Positions 15,290 through 27,770 of a stretch of 64,000 nt of DNA are shown here, piece by piece. Source of the DNA: Octopus vulgaris (lineage: Eukaryota); the NCBI GenBank assembly GCA_951406725.2, contig OX597817.1, positions 3,224,001-3,288,000 of the forward strand, written 5' to 3'. Made by a program: the position numbers and the translations under genes. The notes under the pieces were generated by a model. The model was given only the letters and a program-made list of their open reading frames with translations. It searched no databases and was not told where the DNA came from. The first letter of the stretch is position 1, and each line of letters starts with the position of its first letter.

Positions 15290-17720
15290 TTATATCACTG
15301 GGTTGGATGGAGTGGGTTTATTGTTGATAAAGAAATGGATAAAATTATTGAGGTAGTAAGGGTGTGCAACAGAATAATGAAGCTTAGACTAGTCATGGGC
15401 AACATAACAACAGTTATCCTTGCATATGCATTACAATTAAAACTGACAAATGAACAAAGAAAAAAAAAAAGGAAAACTGTTTATATGCAACTCCCTTGTA
15501 GACTACCTCGTTAACTAATAAAAGTGAACTCATTATCATGGTTGGTGGCTTCAGCAGACATGTTGTGCAACAATGTGGTGGATACTTTGGAGAATATGGA
15601 AGATAGGCATATGTACAAGGAATGAATAGGAATCTAAAGTACTTAGAATTGTGTTATGCAAGTGTTATGTTACCTATCAGGCAAACATACCAGCCAGAGA
15701 CTTTATTTATGCTCAGCAAGAAAAGGAATACGCAAATGCTTTTGAATACAAAGTCATTCTCTGGAGAAGAATGTACCACTCAATTTAGACAAGTTATCAG
15801 TAAAAGAGATAGATGGACACAAAGACAAGACAATTTTGAGAAAGATTCCTTAGCTAGGTGTAGGTTTAAAAAAAGTACTATGATGAGAAGAATCAAATAG
15901 AAGTTTCTATGAGAAAACTTGCTGAACCACAGACTACATCTGTGGATTGAGCATGTTTCCAGCCAAATGGCAGGTAACTTGGTGCTGGAATGATGCTGTA
16001 AATAATCAATAAAAGCTCAGAGACAGGCTAAGAAAGCTTGGAAGAAAAGAAGAAGCAAGCAACAATATCAAGTAGGTAGAAGAGAAGCCAGGTATCAAGA
16101 ATATTTAGGAAAGAGAAACTGAAAGTAAGTTATTAGAGAAAGTGTGTACAGAAGAATGGTAGTAACATGCTTGCCTTAATTGGTGAAGAGAAGTGGTGTG
16201 GAAATGTTAGTGTGGGATACTAATGGATGAGGAGAATGTGCAGAAGAAAGAGGATTTACCTCAAATGAGCCCAATAAAGGAACCCAGGTATGAAGTTGGT
16301 AGCTATTAGTCAAAGTATGAGAATTGGTGAGATGCTGAAAAGTAAGGAGCAAAGTAGGCGACATGCTTGTGAAATGCATAGTCAATCATGTAGTGCAGGA
16401 CGATGTCCTACTCAAAGGCTGGCATACCAATGTCACTATCAGTTGATGCAAGAGCACAAGAGATATTCTAGAAAGAAGCACTAGTAGAAGAGTAAAACTG
16501 ATGGCACATGTAAACTTAACAGAATTATACCAAACTGATTTGGGAGGGAGTTAGTTTAACTGAAATCATCTCAGATTTGTACAAAGATGGGCTGTCACCA
16601 ACACTCTCTTCAATATGAGACAACTACAGTAAAAGTTTTTTAATTACAAATCAACCACAAACATTTGTTGACTTGGAGAAGGCCTTTGACAAAGTATCAT
16701 TTTCTTTAATCTGGTCATCATTAAAAAACTTAAGAGCTATGCAAACCAGAAATGCAAACAACAAGATGTGAGTTAGCAGAGTTCAGCAAAGAATTCAGTG
16801 TTTAGCAGGGATCTGCCCAACCCCTCCTGTTTATTATAGATCAGATAAGAATAATTGAGGAGTTTAAGAACTGGCTTTATATATGATGATGATCTAGCCT
16901 TCACTGATGACTCTGTTGTGAAATTAAAGAACAAATTTCAAGCATGGAAGCAAAGATAAGAATTGAGGAAACTTAGAGAGGAAGATAACCATTCTCCACA
17001 TACAGGAAAGGAGTATGTAGGGACACTGCACTGAGTACCAAATGCAAACTATAGTTGCATAAGAGATATAAAGAAATCACAGGTAAATTGACAAAAAAGA
17101 GAGTGTCTTAATGTAATAGGAATATGGGAGTAATTAGCAATTACAGTAACCAACAAATAGATACTTTAAAATGCCCAGAAGGCTCCATAGAAAAGATTGA
17201 TAGAGTCTGTCTCTAAAGCAGTGGAAGCTGGTATGTAAAAAGCAGAGTAGCCAGAGTTAGAACTGGCTAAAACATTCCAGAAATTATTCTATTTGCTGGT
17301 AACAAGGTAATTTTGTCTCTAAGTAAAGGGTAGATTTTATGATGTTTGTGTATGAAGTGCAATGCCTATGGTATAGAATGATGGGTATTCATTGTGGAGG
17401 GTGAATGAAGGATTGACAAAAATGGAATAACTATGCTTTACTAGATATATAATACAGTACAAGGAATGTGGCATGAGTTAAGAAAAATAAACTGGGCTTT
17501 AAATTAAATCTAATGTGCAGGCAAGAAAATGTGATTCCATCACTGTATAGTTCATATGGGGGATGAGAGTTGGATAAAAATATACCATGGGATCCAAGTA
17601 GTAGGAATCTACAAAAGAGGGATGCTGAAGAAAACAAGAAGAAACAGGAAGAGCTGATCACAAGAGGCTTCACTTCATGAAGACAGTGACAAAACACAAC
17701 AAAATGAGATGATTAGACAT
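15290..17720 (+). mobile_element. Long decayed RTE-clade LINE (APE endonuclease, RT, C-terminal region)
   Basis: Collinear remnants GVG..DKIIEVVRVCNRIMKLRLV (APE), FVDLEKAFDKV (~16664), QGSA, YDDDL (~16882), FKCPEGSIE. Many stops and frameshifts. Confidence 0.85.
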
Positions 17721-19147
17721 TGTACGGCGGCAGATATGTCCATAGCAGCAAAGCAATGAAAACAGTATAAAAATAATTAGAGATAAAATTTTGCTATTTG
17801 CTAAAAATTTCTGTAAATGAATGGGTCTTAGAATAAAAAGTATTTTTACTATCCATAGAGCAATATATAATCATTACATAAATTTGCAAACACTGAGTAT
17901 GAATATATATACATACGTCTATGTATATATAAATTTATGATTTAAAATGTATATATATACAGACACACACATATATACAAATTCTATTGATAGCCTAGAG
18001 TACAACAAAATATATTCTACTTTGCCTGTAGACTCAGCAGACTCCAGGGTAAAATAAGAATACATCCTTAGACATATGTATTGCATATAAATATCTTATA
18101 TATTCATATGTGCACATATATATATTAATATTCATATTTATACAATACAATAGTATAGATCTAATTCATCCTATGTTACTTATTGGTTTCATATATGAGG
18201 GATAAGAACAATATAATAGTTTTATCACTGGAAATCAGGGACTGTCACATCTATTTTGTAGGAATCGTGAAAAACTGGAAAGAAGAAAAAAATAAAAACA
18301 GTAGAAGTTCACATGGGACTTTTTCTTGAATAATGCCCTTTGGATAAGAATCAGATAGTGCCTTAATATTGTAAAGGGTAAAATGTCTGCAGATCAAGGG
18401 TAAGGTTAGGATGCAGGCAGGATGAGGCTGATGCATGTGCAGGGTTGATGTCTATGAAGGAAGGGCAGTCTATGGATAGATGAGGGTGGTCTATCTTAAA
18501 TCATGCATGAACATATAAATCTATGTTTGTATGTAATAACTTGGATGTGGTAAACCTTATGCTGAACCCTCAGACTGTGGTGATAAGAAGTACAGATGGT
18601 GTAATTTAACATTTATATTCATGGTGCACTCTGCCATTCTCCAAATATGTATTTCCTTTCATGTGAGCAGAATAAAAAATCTCACTTTGATATGTGTGCA
18701 TGCATGTGTATGTGTATGTTTGTTGAGAATTCTTCATGGTAGAGAATTCTGTCAGCATCTTTTCAATCCAGTAGTGTTTCATATAAAGGTTACATGTCTC
18801 TGACAATTTGACACTAAGACTTATGTAATTTGAATTATGTAACTAATGACCACCTTATGTCAATGAAATTTATGTATTTTATATAAACAATGTCTCATAT
18901 TTTGTTTTGTTTTCTACATACACTCTGAGTAACACAACAACCAAGGTGTCATAACAGGATATAAATACAAGACATGGACGGAAATACACAGAGTTATGAA
19001 TTTTATTTGTCCTGCATTTAAGGTGTAAATTAGCTTGGACAAATGTGATGTGCATATGTGTGTGTGTATGTGTATGAACAGAGAGAGAGAGAGAGATGTA
19101 CACAAAGATATGTATACATCTCTCTCTCTATCTGAATGTGTGTGTGT

Positions 19148-19249
<102 letters not shown>

Positions 19250-19444
19250 CTCCTATATCAAAAATGATGGAAATCTCCAGAGCAACAGCTGGAAATTCAG
19301 AGTTGTAAAGTACAAATATTGGAGAAGAACCAATGATAAACACTAGTACATATACACATGAAAGATTTCCAGTATCGTTAACCGATATTAGTGCTTGGGT
19401 AATATATACCAAGGAAAGAACTTCTTTCTACACAGACTTATACA

Positions 19445-19483
<39 letters not shown>

Positions 19484-19941
19484 GCATTATATACAGAAAA
19501 TTGTTGTATGTCCGTTTTCCATACTAGCATGTGTAGGACCGTTTGACAAGATGTGATATGTTGAAGGTCCACGTCTTGGTCCAGTGTTTCATGTTAGCAT
19601 GGTCTCTTTAGGTGCGTGCCTTTCCTAACACCAACCACATCATAGAGTGTGGTGACTGCATTTAGTCATGGCTCCAGCAATATAGAGGTTTCCTTGCTAA
19701 CAGTAAGTATCAAATTTTTCTCAAGCTCTACGATGTGACTGTCCATGGTTCATTACCAAACACTTACAGACTCAACAGAATGGTATTGTTTTGGTCCAAA
19801 GCATGATGTATGGAACAGATTTCTTGCAAGAGAATGTCAATGATGAGAATAATGGAGGAAACAGTGTTGGGGTGGAAGTAATGAAGAGAGAGAAGTGGAA
19901 GCATTATCAGGGATTTGTGTGAAGAACAGAAGAAACACAAC

Positions 19942-21494
19942 AGTAGGGGAGACCGGGGCAAGTTGACACATTTTCTCGAGAGAAAATGCGAAACTACTTT
20001 CGGACGATTTAATGACATCATAGTAGTGTTGTTAGTATAAGCTTCCCCCTCATTTGATTTCGTCGCCGTTGTGAGAGTTTGTCTGCTCCATGCGGACAAC
20101 ATTGCAATTTTCCACTTGGTAAGTTATTTTCGACATTTTCGATAATTAGTTATTTTAGATATTATTTAAGACTGCATTGTGTGTATTAAACCTTAAGGAG
20201 TTAGTAAAATGTTTCTCACGACCCTATACAAATGAATTCTTGTGAAACTCAAGTGGTTTTCTCTTAGTGTCTACATTTACGAGGGAAATGGGGTCGGGTC
20301 AAGTTGACACATGTAAACAGGGGAACATTGACACAGTGTGTCAACTTGCCTCAGCCTGTGATAAAGTTGTTGTAGGTTGCTTACATTGATTCACATATTG
20401 TGTCTGTCCCATCTTAACTAAGAGTGTTTGCTATTTGATTCATGTCTGGTACATTGGATCAATTCATTGAGTAACTTATGTATTGCTTGCTATAGTTTTA
20501 GATCAGCTATCTTTATCTATACCAATCTATTCTATCTTCATACTGCTACCTACTTAGTCAACAGCTTGTATACTGCCTCAGCTTTGTAACCTGTACCACT
20601 GATATATAAGCATGAAGTTATGCCGTGACCAGGCATGCTTGAAACTAAAAAGTAGGTAAACACTCAGAGCTTCGTTTTGCTTTCACTGTTGGATTATGCA
20701 ATGAGCTAAATTGCTTTTTTTTTTCTCCCTCTCTCTCTCTCTTTACAGACCTAGATCTACAATTGCCATGGTTTGACACTACAAATGCAAAAGCGAGAGG
20801 GCAACCCTTCCACAGGATGTAATCTAACAGGCTATTCAACAGGTCTGAGCTCATGTCATCTCCTTGCAGGAAGCTTCGAGGACATTTGGCATCCCTTTAA
20901 AATCTCTGTCTCACCAAGGCTGCTGAAGCAAACAACAACGATCACAGTTTTAGTGGATACAAAAAGCCACGGCAAGTTCTCACCGACAAGTTTGAGAATC
21001 AGTTAGAAGCTGCCACAGAAATTTACTATGGGCTTGCTCCAAAGGATGTGCGGAAATTGGCTTTTCAGATGGCAAAGGCACATGGATGTAATATCCCTCC
21101 AACCTGGCATGAGACAGAAATGGCAGGTGAAGACTGGTTCTCTGGATATCTTCGACACAAGAATTTATCCATAAGAAGTCCACAGGCAACAAGCCTATAT
21201 CATGTGTATCTGTCCACTAACATGTACATACAAAGAAAATGCATTCATGTGTCAACATACTCCATTATATGTGCAACTGGCCCCGGTAACGGGGAAAGTT
21301 GACATTTAAGTGGTCTTAGAAAATGCACAAAATATAAATCCAGACAATAATCAGATGAGATCTCTAGCTTTGTAAGTCTTCTGCTGTGGTTGATTTCAGC
21401 GTGTAACACAAGATGCAGTAGAACACATTAAATAGTATTGCTCTGTCAGTGAAAATGTAAAAAATGTAGTCAACTAACCCCGGTCTCCCCTACT
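19942..21494 (+). mobile_element. Internally deleted pogo/Fot1-like DNA transposon
   Basis: TIRs agtaggggagaccggggcaagttgacacatttt (from 19942) and aaaatgtagtcaactaaccccggtctcccctact (to 21494). It encodes N-terminal HTH pieces SLQEASRTFGIP and RKLAFQMA..W..AGEDWFSGYLRHKNLSIRSPQATS. No DDE domain is visible. Confidence 0.85.
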
Positions 21495-21554
21495 CCATCT
21501 GATGAGAGTTAAATGCTCTTTAATGTACACAGTATATATTTATGAGCTACTAAT

Positions 21555-21715
21555 AGTTTCATACATTGAAGAAATCATCTACCCAGGTTTAAAACATGCC
21601 TAGTGTCTTGAAGTAATCTTCAGGCTCAGATCATGTTCTCAGAGCCCGAAGATTGCTTGAAAACATTAGCCATGTTTTAAAACCGGCATAGATAATTCCT
21701 TCAATGTATGAAACT
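21555..21715. repeat. 161-bp imperfect palindrome (foldback/MITE-like)
   Basis: Arms 21555-21627 and 21642-21715. The outer 17 bp agtttcatacattgaag are perfect and the rest has about a dozen differences. Confidence 0.9.
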
Positions 21716-21930
21716 TGTTATAAAACAATAATATATATATGTGTGTTTGTCTAAGTGCGTATGTGTACATAAACACACACAAACGATGACTTCATATCAA
21801 TACGCATCTCCCAAATTCAAGCATGGTTAGAAAAAAAGATAACACTTGCCTAATTTTTAATGGCAATGAATCTGAAACCACATCATTGAAAAATGAAATA
21901 CTTAAACACAACACACATGACTGCAACCAT

Positions 21931-21966
<36 letters not shown>

Positions 21967-22224
21967 AATATCTGTATCTAACCATATATATTTATCTGTT
22001 ATATTTATTATTCTTTAACAATAATAGTATTGATAGTGACCTTTGGAATTTTTGTTATCTAAGCCTTCAAGACAGTCTGATGATGGCTTAGCTCGTAGAA
22101 ACTTTGAAGTCACAGTCAACAATATCCTTGTTACAGAATAAGAAATATGTACGCTAAAAAAGTATGGAGTATTCAGATTAATGTAAAATTATTTTTATTA
22201 TAATTGAACTTAAAAACAAACAAT

Positions 22225-22586
22225 ATTGATTTCAAATTTTGGTAAAAGATCAGCAATTTTGGAGGATTGTATAAGTCAATTATATCTATCTATCTATCAA
22301 TCTATCTATCTATATACGTGTGTGTGTGTGTGTCTGTGTATAAGTTTAAAAATGTATTATATGGTTATAGTAATGTAAGTGCAAAACATATATGTATACC
22401 TATATGAATAAACATAAATACAAATACATACATACATACATACATACTGGTACTTATTTTACCGACCCTAAAAGGATGAAAGGCAAAGTCAACCCCAGTG
22501 GAATTTGAACTCAGAACATGAAGATGTGCAAAATGCTGCTAAGAATTAGGCCTGACATGCTAACGATTCTGCCCACTTGCTGCCTT
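22225..22586 (-). mobile_element. Meta-like SINE copy carrying a 160-bp internal insertion
   Basis: tggtacttattttaccgaccctaaaaggatgaaaggcaaagtcaac..atttgaactcagaac. 13-bp TSD cttaaaaacaaac at 22209-22221 and 22584-22596. Confidence 0.85.
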
Positions 22587-22741
22587 AAAAACAAACGTTA
22601 ATATTAATATATGTATGCAGGTATATATATATATATATATGCATTCAGCAAGATGGAAAGTGAGAGAGAGAAAGAGAGAGAGAATGTGAGAGAGACATGT
22701 TTGTAATTATGTGTATATAAAAACATTTCTGCATGTTTATA

Positions 22742-22784
<43 letters not shown>

Positions 22785-25700
22785 TATGCACATATATATG
22801 AATTTATACACATAAATACAACTAAAATATCTATATACATACATACATACATATATATATATATGCATGTATGCATGTGTGTATGAATGTATGTATTTAT
22901 TCTTGAATTCATAAGAATTTCATAAATTTTCGAGAGAATGTGAACTAATTGTTTTTGGAATATCTCAAAGCACTTACATAAATCTATAAATGTCGAAGCT
23001 ACTTTCAACTTCTTCTGTCCAAAGGATTTTTTTTAACCCAATATTTACATGCTATCATTTATTGCTTTATATTGGTGCTTCAAGATGTGTTCTCATGAGA
23101 GTTTATGAAATTCTTATGATGTCAACAATATATGTCTGTACTTTGAGATATTTCAATATCTATCTATCTATCTATCAATCTATCTATATACGTGTGTGTG
23201 TGTGTGTGTGTCTGTCTGTGTATAAGTTTAAAAATGTGTTATATGGTTATAGTAATGTAAGTGCAAAACATATATATGTATACCTATATGAATAAACATA
23301 AATACATACATATATACATACATACATACATATCTATATCTATTTATCTATTTGTATATGTATTATAGATAACATGAATATACATATTCATATATATAGC
23401 TGTATTGAATCACACACACATACACACATACATTTGCATGTGCATCTCTGTGTATTTATGTGTGTTTATATATATATATATATGCATATATGTGTGAACT
23501 CACACAGACATATGTAATTCTCAATTGATAGAGCAGTATAAACTTATTTTACATTAATACCTATGAAACATCCTGATATGCAACAGAAACTATTCCTTAA
23601 ACTTTTCAGCATAGTTATCGAATTTTACCAGTCCTAGTTATTTTTGTTCAATCAAATATTTAGTAGTTACCGCACCCCTGCATAAGAACAGGTTCAAACT
23701 ACGTTTTTATTGAATGATTATCAAGGTTATTTTACAAAGGGAAAATAAGAATGTGAGTTATGCTTAGTTAGTTCCTTTCCTTTACATGACTGTAGATATC
23801 ATATTTATTTAAAATGATTTATATGAGTTATCTTTATTTGAAGTAAAGTTTATTTTAGATTCGTTTTTTCCAAATTTTTGCTTGAAAATTAACTGACCAT
23901 ACTTCTCATGATGTAATAGGAAATCACTAATGTATTTCTCTCAACAGAAAACTGAATTATGGATACAAACTCAAATTTTTTTATTTAACTAATAAATTTT
24001 TTATATAAAACAATGAAAAATTATGACGCATCTGAATTTGTAATGAGTTTGTAATTAAAGACGTTAATTAATTAAATCTCAGATATATAAGTTTTTGCAA
24101 TACAACTTGTTTACTATGGTAATTATTTTGAAAATCTATGCAGACCACCCTTTTTATTTAGGTTATGGTTAGTATTACTTGCATGAAACCCTTTACATTA
24201 AAGGAATGAAAAGACATAATTGACATCAGTGGTATTTGAACTCAGAATAGAGGGTTTTCATATTAGTATTAGCTAAGCATCCACTCTTGAGCATTTATAT
24301 CTCAGCCACCTTTACTGCTTTAATATTACTGTAATATTGGAAGTTTGATTTACAAAAACAACTTTTGCCTCAAATATGAATTTCTACCTCAAATATTCTT
24401 AGAAATCAAAACTTATTTATTGAAGAACCAACTGTGCAATGCAGATATATCTTATTGTATTTATAAAATAAATGAATCTTGCAAGCAAATTTATATTTAT
24501 CTTCTTCATACTTACCATTCATATGAAGAGAATTAAAAACAACTGATAGAGAATGATATTAAACTGTGGTCTATTTATATTTTATCTAAATATTACAATT
24601 TTACAAAACAACTTTTTAAATTCACTTTTAAAGTAAATAATGGAAAACAAAACTTCTTGAAACCCATTAGAGAAAATTTTCTTTACCATAACAATTACTT
24701 ATGATGGCATTTAGGTAAAGAGAAATAAGAAATTTTGTGACATAAAGAAAATAGTTTTATTTGAGAATTGTTTGGTAATTAAGTTTGTAAATGTCACAGT
24801 TAATTATTCATTTTATAAATGAACATCAAAAAGTGTCTTCAGTTAAAAGGGTATTATTTTATTAGATAGATGTAAATAAACATTAATTAAACATACTGTT
24901 TGAATCAATTTTCACAATTTCTATATAAAATGTTGCTTAATTAAATACTAGCTATTCATGTTAAATGCAAAATTTATTGTTTTGAAAATGAGAAGTTTTT
25001 AATTAAGTAGTCTATTCAGAAAGAAATTAAAATTCTTTGAATCAACTGGTCTTTAGAAAATGATTAGTAATATTGAAAAGTAGGAAAGTTTCTGTTGCTT
25101 CATGTGTTGGTTACACTACAAATGGAATGGCCTAAAAGTGATGTGCAGTTCACAGTTAAGAATATTTTGAATTATAATGCATTAAAATCTTTGCATTGTG
25201 GCATGTACAACTGAAATTTTTTTAATATTTTCACCCCATTTCTTAAATTATGGCTCCAACATTGAAGTGCATCAACTTCGTTCTAATTAACAAATGGAAC
25301 TTGTCATTGAACATCAAGTTAAAAAATAGTCACTGTTTCAATGCTATTTTGTAACATTAATGAAGTAAAAGAAAATAAAAATTAACAGTCTTAAATATAC
25401 AGAAAAATACAACTTAAAACAAGAATCAATTACTTATGGCAAATGTATTAACAAAGCTTACGTTGAAAAACCAATACAGCAATCAAAAATTCAAAACTGA
25501 TGGAAGAAGCAACATTGAAATATCCTCAGATCTTAAAATTTGTCAATTATCATTAATTGTATGGCACAATGGGAAAGAAAATAGATAGTTAATAAAATGA
25601 TAATATTTATTTGATAAACTTGACGAGTTCATCAAAACTGATTTTACTATAAGAGTAGTGTGTTCTCTTTTTCTCAAAACAAAAAAAAAAAAAAGAAAGT

Positions 25701-26542
25701 AAGGAAAAATTAGTTCTATTTAATTGCTAGAGTATGATATACTCCATAATTATATTTACAGAACTGTTCTAATCTGTATAGCATATAAAATTCATCTAAC
25801 ATTAATCATCTAAAATTATAAATTTTAAATCATACCTTACGTTTGAAAGTAGGAAAAGTAGAAAATATACATGTAAAAAAAAAAATAAAGCAAATAGATA
25901 GTGTAGAAATTGTTTTAATGTCCTTTGAATTATTGATGAAGAATTTGCATCTTAAACTAAAGTACCTTTATTCCAAATTTGGAAAACTGGAAGTCATGAA
26001 AATGATTGTAGAATATATCTGAAACTATTATAATTCTACATTGAAGTCAATTAATTTAACCATAAAATTTATTTTTTTACAGTTTGGTAATCAAATAATT
26101 TTATAAGGAAAACAAAATTTCATCAACTGAAGAAAACAAAAGACTATCCATAATTTCTACTAGATATATTGTATTATTAGACTTAAATGAAAATAAAATA
26201 TTCCTCAAAACTATATGCTAAATAGTAAATTTATTTTCAAAACAATGTGGATATTCCAACAACATAGAAGCAATATCAATCAAAATTCATGTGTAAGTAT
26301 TAAGCTTAGCTTAATAAATACACACACAAAAAAAAAGTAAAGAAAAGAAAACAGATAATGAGAATTTGATTTTGCAATAGTCAATTTTTGCTACATTTAT
26401 AAACTCCAAAATTTAATAATGTTCACATTCTCTACTATCTGGTTGCAAGATGTTATGTATCAAGCATGCAACATATATGATGTATGTATGTATGTATGTA
26501 CATACATGTACATGCATATATATATATGTGTGTGTGGGTGTA

Positions 26543-26586
<44 letters not shown>

Positions 26587-27219
26587 AGTATGTATATATA
26601 TATATATGTGTGTGTGTGTATATATGTATATATATATACTTATATATATGTATATATATGTATGTATGGATACGATATATACATACATATATATATATAT
26701 ATATGATGTATGTATATGATATATAGTTGCCTAAGATTTAAAAAGTATTTATATATTTTCCCATAACCATCCAGAGCAACAACAAAACAAAAATAAATGA
26801 GATCAAAAGGCAATTTCTTCACAAAACTACCAACAAAAAGTTGAGACAATAATGTAAAAGTACAAATATATATTCTTCAATACATCTACAAATATCAATA
26901 CGTAATATACTTAGTAGTAGACATAACATGATATATTTGTGTAACCTTTTGTAACATTTGATGGAATTAAAATCAATAAAAAAATTATCTTTATATGCTA
27001 AAACTAAGACAAACGCATACTTAATTATGAAAAAAAAAACAAAAAATTGCCAATGACAAGTTCCAATTTTGGTGTTGTTATTTTTATACTGAATGCTATT
27101 CTTATTTACAAAACAACAGTGATCAGCAAACATATCAAGTTAACTTGCTCTGTGAAAACCAAAAGGCCAAACATGATAAACCTTACAACTCTGCTACAAT
27201 TTTAAAATCTTCTTTCCTT

Positions 27220-27770
27220 TTAATTTATGGATGAAATATCTCTTTGTTGAATGAAATTGACTGACCTATCTTCAGGATGATCCATCATGAACATGGAAGT
27301 GAACTGAGTGGCCATGGAATCAAGGCTAGCTTTAGCTGCTTCTAATAGAGTAGTGTCTTTAACATACTCAACTTCAAGCCCTTTATGTTTATTCATGATG
27401 TGTTTACGGCAATTCCCACCAGTAGCTGACCGGAAGTCGCAATAGCGACACATGTATGGCTTCACACCTTTCATTGTGTGCTGGGTACGCACATGAACAC
27501 TTAAGCTTTGCTTTGTTTTTGTTTCATATGTGCAAAATGGACAGGACAAACTCTCTGAGGAATGCAACCAGAGTTTGTGCCGACGAAGACTGTTTGATGA
27601 CACAAAAGCCTTGCTGCAAAATTCACAAACATACTGGCGAATGTTATTGTGACTATTCATGTGGATGCGGTAACGATGCCCAAAAATAGTCACAAAATCA
27701 CAATGTGGACACTTGAACTCCTCTCGATTATCCCCAGGGGCTCGTGTTTTATGCACTCTGTACATGTGCG
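27220..27770 (-). CDS. Terminal coding exon of a multi-exon C2H2 zinc-finger protein (end of one finger plus 4 complete fingers, TAA stop)
   Basis: ORF reads HMYRVH..CPHC..HMNSH, CEFC..HKLWLH, CPFC..HVRTQH, KPYMCRYC..HIMNKH. Acceptor tttcag| lies immediately before 27770. The phase-1 start joins the previous exon (A+CG=Thr) and completes CQFCPYATSNKYSYQTHMYRVH. Confidence 0.93.
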
